From Planctomycetota bacterium (GTDB lineage Bacteria > Planctomycetota > Phycisphaerae > UBA1845), in NCBI GenBank assembly GCA_024276605.1, contig JAJRWX010000023.1, positions 81,538-145,537 on the forward strand: a stretch of 64,000 nt of DNA. The letters run 5' to 3'. Below are positions 45,068 through 54,600 of this stretch, piece by piece; position 1 is the stretch's first letter; the number at the start of each line of letters is the position of its first letter. The notes beneath the pieces were generated by a model. It saw only the letters and a program-made list of their open reading frames with translations, was not told the origin of the DNA and did no database searches. Made by a program: the position numbers and the translations under genes.

Positions 45068-46602
45068 CTGGTAAACCATTCGAAGTATTCCTTACTGGTG
45101 CCACGGGGTTTCTTGGGCATTATATGCTGGCGGAATTGCTCGCACATCCACACGTTCGTTGTCGGGTATTGCTCCGATCACCAGTCTCCAAGAGTTCCGC
45201 ACGGCTTACTCGGCTTCTCGGGGAGATTGGATTGAATCTCCCATCGCTCATCGTCGAAGGGCGCGTGGCCATTGTCGAAGGCGCATTGCCGGACTCACTT
45301 AGACCGGCGGACATCAGTGGCGTTGATCTAATCTTGCATGCTGCGGGTAATACGACGTTTCATGCCAATGGATCGGGCGAACCGGCGAAGACGAACATCG
45401 ACGGCACGCGTGCCATACTAGATGCTGCGGCCAGTGCAGGGATTCCACGTTTTGTCTTCGTCAGCACAGCCTACGTATGCGGTGAGCAAGTCGGCCATCA
45501 ACTGGAGGTGTTCCGCCCCACTATTCCGCAGTTGCGCAACGACTACGAACAATCCAAATGGAGAGCCGAACAGCTCGTATGGGATTGGGGACAACGATCA
45601 GGCATGGCGACAATCTGCCGCCCTTCGATTCTGTTTGGTGACAGCCGGACGGGGCGAGCGAGTGCAATGAAGGGTTTGTATCTCGTGGCCAAGGCGACCG
45701 AGATTCTCGCACGCGCTATGGACGATAGTCGAGAGATGGACCGACATCACATATCGCTCCGCATTCTTGGGCGTAGTGATGCCACCTGTAATGTCGTCCC
45801 CATCGATTGGGCCGCCCGGCAGATTGCCGAAATCGCTCTAGAGCCTGCCACTGAATCCTCGGTGCATCACATCACCAACCCTGACCCACCCACTCATCAG
45901 GAAGTCAAAGGCTGGCTGGAAGATTACTTCGATATTGCCGGTGGTCGATTCAGTGATGCGACATGGCCGCTCACGGATGCCAACCACTACGAAGATTTGT
46001 TTTATTCGCTAGGCAACATTTGCCTTGATTACTTTCGTGACGGTCTGACCTTCGAGTCACAATGTGCGGCCAAGTTATCCCCGGGGCGACGCTTGATTGA
46101 TGGCTCATCGTTCGCCCGGTGTTTGAAGTATGCCCAAGCGACTCATTGGTGTCGGACTCCGAGCGGAGAAAAAGATATCCACCCACCATCCGACAGCTTC
46201 GATCCCACATGGTACTTCGAGCATTTTCTACCCGAAGCCGTACCCCGTTCCGTCGTCGCGAAAGTCGAAGAATTGACCGCTATTGTACAATATACGATCA
46301 CCGGTTCTATCGGGGGAAGTTGGATCAGCCGTTTTGATCGTGGCCGATTGGAGGAAACAAACGCCGTGCCAACTACCCTGAAACCGGAGTTTGAGTACCG
46401 TTTGTCCTATGAAGATTTGGTTGATGTCGTAGCCTGTCGCAAGCCGTTGCAAGATGTTTTTTTTCACGGCAGCGCCGAAATGTTCGGTGATGTCGAACGG
46501 GCGCTAAAGATGGTTCCCATCATAGGAGAATTCCTCAAGGAATTCCCGGTGAATGGAAAAGAAAACCCCTTGATGGAATGTCGCACAGGTGTCGCATGTT
46601 AA
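45064..46602 (+). CDS. NAD(P)-dependent thioester/acyl reductase (NAD_binding_4, SDR-e) with C-terminal SCP2-like lipid-binding domain
   Basis: VFLTGATGFLGHYML (TGxxGxxG), STAYVCG, and the YEQSK catalytic Y/K. C-terminal FFHGSAEMFGDVERALKMVPI resembles the SCP2 fold. ATGA overlap with the upstream stop. Confidence 0.7.
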   Translation: MTGKPFEVFLTGATGFLGHYMLAELLAHPHVRCRVLLRSPVSKSSARLTRLLGEIGLNLPSLIVEGRVAIVEGALPDSLRPADISGVDLILHAAGNTTFHANGSGEPAKTNIDGTRAILDAAASAGIPRFVFVSTAYVCGEQVGHQLEVFRPTIPQLRNDYEQSKWRAEQLVWDWGQRSGMATICRPSILFGDSRTGRASAMKGLYLVAKATEILARAMDDSREMDRHHISLRILGRSDATCNVVPIDWAARQIAEIALEPATESSVHHITNPDPPTHQEVKGWLEDYFDIAGGRFSDATWPLTDANHYEDLFYSLGNICLDYFRDGLTFESQCAAKLSPGRRLIDGSSFARCLKYAQATHWCRTPSGEKDIHPPSDSFDPTWYFEHFLPEAVPRSVVAKVEELTAIVQYTITGSIGGSWISRFDRGRLEETNAVPTTLKPEFEYRLSYEDLVDVVACRKPLQDVFFHGSAEMFGDVERALKMVPIIGEFLKEFPVNGKENPLMECRTGVAC

Positions 46603-47315
46603 TCGAAACCGCCATCATTGAAGAAAATGTTCGTATCCAGGGAACCGAACGTATGTTGGAAGGCATGCTGGCCTATCCCAACGAACACACTGAAGGCACC
46701 GCGTTGATCGCAGGACCACATCCATTTCTCGGCGGAGACATGCGCAACAATATCGTAAGCTCACTATTCAAAGCATTGGCCTCATGTGGAGCAGTGACGC
46801 TTGCATTTAACTACGGCGGTGTCGGAGCAAGTGAAGGTGGACCGGCGGACTGGCCGGCGGTCATGTCGAAGTTCTGGAAAAGCGGAACGTTCGACGAAGA
46901 AGACGATTGGGCTGACGATACCGGGTCTGCGATGGTTTCTTTGCGACAATGGTGCGACTTGCCCCCGATACTGCTTGGATACAGCTTCGGGTGTTGGACA
47001 ACCGTAAAGAATCTGCGAGATTCGTGTGCGAAAGCCATTATCCTGATTTCCCCCAATCCTAAACAACATACATTCGAACAACTATCCAACTGCGTAGCAC
47101 CACTGTTGGTGATCCACAGTGAAAACGATTTTACGTGCAACGTATCCGAAACAATTGAGTGGTTTGAGTCGATTCGCGAACCCAAAACGCGCATTCAATT
47201 ACCCGCCAGTGAGCATTTCTTTCGAGGCCACGAAAGGGAAGTGACTCAGGCGGTGTTGACATTTCTACAACTAAATCATGTGTTGGAAACGGAGAAGCAT
47301 GACCACAATCATTGA
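46596..47315 (+). CDS. alpha/beta hydrolase (COG2945-like)
   Basis: LIAGPHPFLGGDMRNNIV...LAFNYGGVGASEG. Nucleophile elbow LLGYSFGCW (GxSxG). ATGTTAA overlap with the upstream stop at 46596-46602. Confidence 0.65.
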   Translation: MLIETAIIEENVRIQGTERMLEGMLAYPNEHTEGTALIAGPHPFLGGDMRNNIVSSLFKALASCGAVTLAFNYGGVGASEGGPADWPAVMSKFWKSGTFDEEDDWADDTGSAMVSLRQWCDLPPILLGYSFGCWTTVKNLRDSCAKAIILISPNPKQHTFEQLSNCVAPLLVIHSENDFTCNVSETIEWFESIREPKTRIQLPASEHFFRGHEREVTQAVLTFLQLNHVLETEKHDHNH

Positions 47316-48387
47316 AGAGGTCGAAATCGAAACGCGTATGCGCGATGTTCTAGCTATCCACTTTGATCCCAAGCAAGGTAGCCCATACTGGCTTAACCGC
47401 GCCAAGGAACTCGGATTCGATCCGCGCACAGAAATTAAGTGTCTCGACGATCTTTCTCGGTTCCCCACGATGGACCCGAAAAACTTGGCGACCTACGCGC
47501 TTGATGATTTCCTTCCACGACCGCTTTTAGATCGAAAAAGCGAATTGATAATCGCTCAGACGGGAGGTACGCTTGGCCGACCGGCCTGGACGGCATATTT
47601 GGAAAACGAGTTTCGGGAGGCTTTTGTTGATCCTTTTGTTATCGCCGCGAAGCATTGCGAATTTCCTACGGGCGGCACCTGGCTCTATGTAGGGCCTTCC
47701 GGACCGCATATCATCAGCCGTGCTGCGGCTGCCATTGCTCGAGCGACAGGTTCCATGATGCCCTTCAGTGTCGATTTCGACCCTCGGTGGTCCGGGAAGA
47801 TGGCGCATGGAAGCTTTGCTTCCAAGCGCTATCTCCAACACGTGGTCGATCAGGCACTTGCCATACTAGAATCTCAAGATGTTACCATTATCTTTTCGAC
47901 ACCGGTCGTCATTCAAGCCCTTGCCGGTTCTATGCGCGTGGAGCAGCGTGAAAGAATCCGCGGTGTCCACTATGGTGGTATGGCCATCACATCGAATGAA
48001 ATGAAGTTGCTCCAAACGGAAACATTTCCCCATGCGGTCCACCTGTCTGGATATGGTAACACGCTCTTTGGTTGTTGCCTCGAACTGGAGGTCGCGGTTG
48101 ATCGAGAATTAATCTACTACCCGCATGGTGATCGAGTACTCTGCGGCGTGCTCGACGAAAAAAGTGAGAACCCGAATCGTCCTAACTACGGTCAAGTCGA
48201 CATGGAAGGCCCGTTGGTGTTTTCCAGACTGGATGAAACGGTTCTTTTGATCAATGTTATTGAGAGAGATTTTGTGAGACTTTGCGAACCACCGACGAAT
48301 GCGCCTACAGGGTTTCGGCTAATGGGCGTCGGATCGCCGGCACCATGCGTTGAACACTGCAACCATGTTTCGGTATCGCTTTATTAA
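47299..48387 (+). CDS. PaaK/CapK-like adenylate-forming (ANL superfamily) enzyme, short form
   Basis: LSRFPTMDPKNL and IAQTGGTLGRP correspond to the PaaK motifs (lP.TtK.dL; SSGTTGkP). At ~362 aa it appears to lack most of a canonical C-terminal subdomain. It overlaps the upstream gene by 17 nt. Confidence 0.5.
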   Translation: MTTIIEEVEIETRMRDVLAIHFDPKQGSPYWLNRAKELGFDPRTEIKCLDDLSRFPTMDPKNLATYALDDFLPRPLLDRKSELIIAQTGGTLGRPAWTAYLENEFREAFVDPFVIAAKHCEFPTGGTWLYVGPSGPHIISRAAAAIARATGSMMPFSVDFDPRWSGKMAHGSFASKRYLQHVVDQALAILESQDVTIIFSTPVVIQALAGSMRVEQRERIRGVHYGGMAITSNEMKLLQTETFPHAVHLSGYGNTLFGCCLELEVAVDRELIYYPHGDRVLCGVLDEKSENPNRPNYGQVDMEGPLVFSRLDETVLLINVIERDFVRLCEPPTNAPTGFRLMGVGSPAPCVEHCNHVSVSLY

Positions 48388-48406
48388 AGACGAAGGATTT
48401 TACCTA

Positions 48407-50050
48407 ATGACACTACGAAAACGCCGATATACGCTTCGAGAAACGTTACTTGGACTGCTGACGGTATTTTGGTTCGCGGGCGGATGTACTACGACTCAAT
48501 TCGGACAGGCCATCACGCACTACGCAGATAAGACCGCAGTAACCGACGCAGCCGCACGTCACACAATGGCTTCTCCCTACTACCGATTCAATTCCACCTT
48601 ACTCAGCGATTTGGACGATGCCATCGCATGTGTCGATATGCAAGTGAAGCGTAACATGGCTATGGCGGTATTACGTCGTGCCAACGCGTTAAGTCAATCA
48701 TCCAGCGCAAACGAGATCGAACGCATGCCGGAAAGCGTGCGTAAAAAACTCAGACGCTTTGGGAAATCACATGGCGATATCGATCTATCCCTTAAATCGC
48801 AGACGTGTATCTGCGCCGCGTTACGGGAGCCAATCGAGAAACACCCTACGAAAAATGGCATGGTATTGGTGGCAAATGACGATACCTCAACGGATATTGT
48901 TGTTCTGCAACGTCAATTCTCGAAACTCGCGCGGGCCGCGCTCAAGAGCGATTTGCGCGATGTAAACCGTCTACCTCCCATGGAATTACAGAGAAAGCTA
49001 CAAGACATACGCAAGGGCATTGAAGATCTGCCCGACGATCGGGGGCGATCGAAACGAAAAGTCTTATACGCGTGGGCGTCACCATTGACCGCGCGTGGTA
49101 TCGCGCGCGAGGAGGCTAAACTTTCTGAAAAGTGCCGTGCAAAAATGGAGAAAAAATTCGATCGTGTTGCGATGTGGCGACCGACCAAAAATGCAAAGAA
49201 CACACTCATCAACAAATACGCGCCAATCATAAGCATGGAATGGCCAAAGAAACGCACCTATAACATCGATGATGACAAAATCGGTGCCGTTAGTTTATCC
49301 ATGCATGATGGGCATATTGAAGTGCTGATCGATTCTACGAAACCCACCGTCTATACATACACTTCCGTAGCTAAAATCAACGGTCGACGATTTCGACAAC
49401 TCAACTATGTTTGGTGGTTTTCTGAGCGACCGGAGATGAAGAAGGACGATCCCGTAGCTGGTCACATTGACGGTACCATGGTCCGAATTACGCTGGATGC
49501 CAATGATCATCCGATGTTCATCGAAAGTACCAAGAACTGCGGATGCTCTCATGAAGTTTTCGTTTCCCGCGCCATTGAATCCGCCGCACGTAAGACATTC
49601 GGAGCACCGCTTCCCGGGAAACATTTCGCCGTAGAAAAGTCTTTGCCAGATAAGCACGATATAGTCGTCACGGATACATTTGACACTGAAAAAAACTATG
49701 GACACCCATTGGTCTTATCCGCTGCGGGTTACCATGAAGTGTATCAGGTTAAGCTTAACGCATCCGAAGCCATGAATCACTTGGATATCGTAGAGGATAA
49801 ATCCTACGGTATCTTGGACTATAGCAACCTGGATCGCTTACCACTTGGGGACGGTATCGCCAGCATGTTTGGCGCAGACGGCCTGGTTCACCATGCCGGA
49901 CGCCCGGAGGGGTTTCTACTCGCACCGTCGGGCATACTCAGCGCCGGTCAACCACGCAAACGCGGCACACAACGGGTACGTTGGGATGATTTTCTACACG
50001 ATGATCCGCATTTACTCGAAAAGACGCTCCGCATTCCTCCGCTAGATTGA
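48407..50050 (+). CDS. lipoprotein of unknown function
   Basis: MTLRKRRYTLRETLLGLLTVFWFAGGC is a lipobox, preceded by GAAGGA. The 547-aa body has no motif I recognise. Confidence 0.6.
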   Translation: MTLRKRRYTLRETLLGLLTVFWFAGGCTTTQFGQAITHYADKTAVTDAAARHTMASPYYRFNSTLLSDLDDAIACVDMQVKRNMAMAVLRRANALSQSSSANEIERMPESVRKKLRRFGKSHGDIDLSLKSQTCICAALREPIEKHPTKNGMVLVANDDTSTDIVVLQRQFSKLARAALKSDLRDVNRLPPMELQRKLQDIRKGIEDLPDDRGRSKRKVLYAWASPLTARGIAREEAKLSEKCRAKMEKKFDRVAMWRPTKNAKNTLINKYAPIISMEWPKKRTYNIDDDKIGAVSLSMHDGHIEVLIDSTKPTVYTYTSVAKINGRRFRQLNYVWWFSERPEMKKDDPVAGHIDGTMVRITLDANDHPMFIESTKNCGCSHEVFVSRAIESAARKTFGAPLPGKHFAVEKSLPDKHDIVVTDTFDTEKNYGHPLVLSAAGYHEVYQVKLNASEAMNHLDIVEDKSYGILDYSNLDRLPLGDGIASMFGADGLVHHAGRPEGFLLAPSGILSAGQPRKRGTQRVRWDDFLHDDPHLLEKTLRIPPLD

Positions 50051-50059
50051 GAACGTTTC

Positions 50060-51286
50060 ATGTCCGTCGAGACGATACTACTCCTCGCCGGATGGGGCGC
50101 TATATGTCAAGTGTGGTTCTGGCTGATCGTCGCCCAGCGTCGGGCACGGCGGGACGGACTGTTTCTCGAAGTCGGTACGGGCGCAGCTGCAGTGCCAACG
50201 CCACAAGATGACATGCCCACCGTTTGCGTGGTGATCGCCGCGAGAAATGAATCTGAGGGGTTGGCTATATGCCTGAAACATGTTTTAGCGCAGGACTATG
50301 CCAAACTGTCGGTCCTTGTGATCGACGACCGTAGTGAAGATACCACCTACGAAATCGCATACGAATTCGCACAATCCGATCCGCGCGTACAGGTAGAACG
50401 TATTGACCACCTACCGCCGAAGTGGATGGGCAAATCACATGCGTTGTGGCAAGGTACACGAAACGTCCAAGCCGATTGGCTGCTCTTCACGGACGTCGAT
50501 TGTCATCTTACATCACATGCGGTCAGACGGGCGATCGAAGAAGCTTGTTCACGAAACGCGCAGTTCTTGACGCTTTGGCCGCAGCAGACGGCTGGGGGAT
50601 TCTGGGAACACGCCACGATCCCCTTGTGTGGCGGCATCATTGCCCTCTGGTTCGGCTCTCAACGAGTGAACAACCCACGCAGTAGGCTTGCCTTTGCCAA
50701 CGGGCAGTTTCTACTAATCAAGCACGAGGCTTACGAACTAATCAACGGGCACGAGGCGGTACGCTCAGCCATCATCGAAGACATCCCACTAGCTGAGCAC
50801 GCCAAAAAATCGGGAGTGGCGTGCTGGGTCGCCTCTGGGCGTGACTTAGTTTCGGTACGCATGTACGACAATTACAACGCCATCGTAAACGGCTGGGCGA
50901 GAATTTATGTCGGCGCACTGCGAAACGGCACCAAAATCGCGCTAAGTATCCTATGGTTGATGTTCGGCTCGCTTCTTCCATACGTCGTGGCTTTGTGGCT
51001 GGCGGTAGCATTCTATTCCGCTTGGTCTACAAATACAAAGATCAGTACAGAACTGATATGCTTCGCCGCCCTCTGTGCGAACCATCTGATCCTCATGATG
51101 ATCGCCAGCTACCGATTTTGGGGCATGGGTGGGTGCCGACGAATTGATTTGATCTGGTATCCTTTGTCCGTATGTGTCGTCATGCGTATCCTGGCTCAAT
51201 CCTGGTGGTGGCTGACGATCAGACGCAGCATCCCGTGGCGTAACACTCGGTATACCATTGACCGTCGGGGAAAAATCGTTGGATAA
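50060..51286 (+). CDS. membrane-embedded family-2 glycosyltransferase (CrtQ/HpnB-like lipid glycosyltransferase type)
   Basis: N-terminal TM, then VCVVIAARNESEGL...VLVIDDRSEDTT (DxD region), FANGQFLLIKHEAYELINGHEAV...IIEDIPLA (ED motif), and four C-terminal TM helices. Confidence 0.7.
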   Translation: MSVETILLLAGWGAICQVWFWLIVAQRRARRDGLFLEVGTGAAAVPTPQDDMPTVCVVIAARNESEGLAICLKHVLAQDYAKLSVLVIDDRSEDTTYEIAYEFAQSDPRVQVERIDHLPPKWMGKSHALWQGTRNVQADWLLFTDVDCHLTSHAVRRAIEEACSRNAQFLTLWPQQTAGGFWEHATIPLCGGIIALWFGSQRVNNPRSRLAFANGQFLLIKHEAYELINGHEAVRSAIIEDIPLAEHAKKSGVACWVASGRDLVSVRMYDNYNAIVNGWARIYVGALRNGTKIALSILWLMFGSLLPYVVALWLAVAFYSAWSTNTKISTELICFAALCANHLILMMIASYRFWGMGGCRRIDLIWYPLSVCVVMRILAQSWWWLTIRRSIPWRNTRYTIDRRGKIVG

Positions 51287-51330
51287 TCTTACCCCTACCC
51301 GATCGCTTCCATAGTATCCATGCGAGACTC

Positions 51331-51568
51331 GTGGCCATGGGTGCAAGACAGATTAGGCGGGCTTGAGTTGGGTGGCATGGACAAGCGTCGCGTTGAGGGG
51401 ATTGCGGATGAAACGAGGCGTAGGGGCGACGCTTGCCCGTGCTTTTCCTCGGTTGCGCCTGCACGGGCAAACGCCGCGAGTAGCATCCATTGGACATTCG
51501 ACAGCCCGATTCCGCGGCGTTTGTCCATGCCACCCACCCGCCAATGCTGTCTTGCACCCCGTGGCCAT
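51331..51568. repeat. ~240-bp imperfect palindromic element (55-62-nt inverted arms plus inner hairpin)
   Basis: The left arm 51331-51392 aligns with the reverse complement of 51513-51568: TGGCCA.GGG(G)TGCAAGACAG...GGCGGG...TGGGTGGCATGGACAA.CG.CGCG. The inner 10-bp stem is TTGCCCGTGC (51433-51442) / GCACGGGCAA (51461-51470). It lies between convergent genes. Confidence 0.65.
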
Positions 51569-51672
51569 GCTGTCAAGTCTTATGCAATTGTTCATCAGTA
51601 GATCGTTACTATCTTCTGACGTCAAACAAGCACCGAAACAACATGCTCACGAAGTGGCAGTAACAGCGTGAT

Positions 51673-54600
51673 TTATTGATGTAAGTATTTTTTTGATTGT
51701 AAGCTTGCGGCTTTTGTCACAGTTAAAAGCGACAACAACAATATGATTAGCCCCCAGGATGAGAGGGTGGGAATACCCAGGCAATCTGCCAGGCCGTCGG
51801 CGTTTTGGTCCAACGTATCATCGAAATTTGGACATCGATCTATACAGTCGGGGACGGTGTCGCCATCGGAATCCACGTCCGACACACCACAGCCACAAAC
51901 GCCTTCGAGCGATTTGTCAGGGTCGTTGGGGCATTCGTCGCAAGGGTCTATCAGGCCATCTGCATCAGTATCGATTTCACATTCATCGGGAATGAGATTG
52001 GCGTCGCAGTCCAATGCCGACGGCCCGTCGTAGGAGACAAAGATGAGTAGGTCTGCCGGTGAGGTGCAGGGGTTAGAATCTACGGCATCACTTGGGATAG
52101 CTTCGATGATCGCGCCTCCCAGTTCGATAGCTTGATTGAAAACTGCGGCTGAGACTACAATTTCATCGACGTCAAAACCAAAAGGTGCGCATTCTCGTGC
52201 GTTGTCCACATAAACCAAACCGACAAAAACACCGCCCACAGTCACGGAAAGGAATTCGTCGGCAGCGCCCAAGTCTCCTCGGCCTAGGAAGGCGATGGAG
52301 ACGTTATCAATAGCCAGAGGCGCCGGATCAAACGGAAAGGTCATAGGGACGCCGGCGGTGATGGGAATAAACCTCTGCGAACCGGCTAAGAACGCTTCCC
52401 TGACTTCGCAATCATCCGATATGACATTGGCATTGCAATCACTGGATGTCTGTGAGGCGAGATCACACTCATCGGGAATGCCATTGTGATTGCAGTCTGT
52501 GGAATTTGCATCGCTGATGTCGCAGTCGTCGGGTATGGTATTTTGATTGCAGTCGAGTTCGCATTCGTCCGGTATGGCATTGTTGTTGCAATCCAAACTG
52601 GTGCCGTTTTCAATCTCGCAAGAATCTGCAATGCCGTTTCCGTTGCAATCAATTTCACATTCGTCCGGTGTCAAATTATCATTACAATCGGTCACCAAGC
52701 CATCTTCGATTTCGCAGGCATCCCCAATACCACTGGCATTGCAATCTGCAAAATGTGGTGATTCGAAAGCCCCCATATCCGTTCGACATTGATCAATACG
52801 TAGTCTACCGTCGAAATCCGAAAGTAGTATCGCAGGTGCGAGATTATCTCCCTTGTCGATGCTAGGAGAACCCAATGCCAATCGTAAATTATCGTCGGTG
52901 TTTCCGGCTATGTTGTCCGGGCCATCGGCATCGACAAAGAGGGGATCGTCACCAATATTACCGATACCACCTAATTGAGGCGTGAGGCCTTCTACACAGG
53001 AAAAGTCAATGTTTGGCACGGTAGCTACGATTTGCGCGGATTCACGTTGGTTGAATAGCTGCAACTGGGCATTTCCCCAAAGTATGACATTGGTCATATG
53101 CACCGAACTGGGAATAGTCTGGGCGTTGTTGCCGGCATCCGATCTACCACTGAATACGCCACCACCGCCCGCGCCGGCGATGTTAGCTGTGAACGTGCTA
53201 TTGGTGACGATGGGAATGCCGGTGACGTGGCGCAACCCACCGCCGAAATTGTCAGCTTGGTTCCCGTTGAATATGCAATTCACGAACGAAGGTCTACCTT
53301 GGATGGTCCAGGCACCAGCGCCATCGTTTATGGCGTAATTATTCACGACCAACGAGTTGGCTACAACGGGGTCAGCTGCGGTCAAGTGTATACCTGCGCC
53401 ATTGGCATCTGCATCGATACCATCAGCATAGCCATCGCGGATCACAAATCCATCCAATATGGCTGAAGCATTGACACTGACGGCACGGATGACGTGGTAA
53501 CTATTATCTTGTTTGGAGGTGGGGTCGCTGGTGTCGTTTGCATTAAGGTCACCGCTGAGAATCGTGGTGAGTAACCCCGTACTACGCTCATCGAGGTTGG
53601 TTTCGTTAGCAACGAAACCACCGTATATGGCTACGCCTCTGAGTAACTCGAAACTGGCTGATCTATCTCCGTCAACAACATCGGGACGATAGGTTCCCTG
53701 AGCAACCCAGATTTCACGTCCCGGTCCGCACATCGGTTTCATGGCGGTAATGGCTGATTGGAGGGTGGGAAATGCATCGACCCAACTCGATCCATCGTTG
53801 TTGCCATTAGCACTAGCATCCACAAAAAAGAGCGCACACTCATCCGGTATACCGTTACCATCGCAGTCGAAACTCAATGAACCGGCAATGTCGCATGCAT
53901 CTGCCACGCCGTTTCCGTTGCAATCCGGATCACATTCATCGGGTATGCCGTTGGCATCACAGTCTGTGGACAGTCCGTTGGCGATATCGCATTCGTCCGG
54001 TATTTGATTCTGGTTGCAATCATCCGATGAGCTATCGCGGATGTCGCAATCATCGGGTACGTCGTTGCGGTTGCAATCCAAACTGTTACCACCGGCTACG
54101 TCGCAGACATCCCATTGTCCGTTGGTGTTGCAATCCGGTAAGCGGTTGCAATTTCCCAGCGGAATCTCCACTGTAGCACAGGCGAGATCAGATGGTTCGA
54201 TGACGGTACCATCCGGGCAGAGGGTCATGAATGTAATGGTAATGTCGTCGAAAAAGGCTTGCGGACATATATTAAACGTACCGCTGGCTGTGTCTGATAC
54301 CTCTGTGATCAATGTGCCGAGATACACTTCACTGCCTGGATCGTCGCGGCAAATATCTACATCCGTGATGACGGCTAGATATTCCAAGAAATCAATGGAC
54401 TCGTTGAACACGAGCGCCACCATGGGCAATCCAATAAAGATAAAATCCGGGCGTGCTTCATCAATGAATGCACCGGCGTTGGGGTCCGGAACCGTCACGG
54501 GCAGTATGGTGCCGGTGTCACCGCTGAAAAAGCTTTGTCTATCAATGAGTAGATTGCTCGCTAGTATGGCACGAGGTGCCCAACGACTGGCAAACAATTC

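Noticed and set aside
51219-51671. Five overlapping 90-112-aa ORFs on both strands (51219-51557, 51295-51576, 51320-51601, 51353-51625, 51363-51671).
   Set aside because: They coincide with the GC-rich palindromic element. Dyad symmetry plus GC richness removes stop codons in most frames. The products are Arg/Pro/Gly-rich with no motifs.
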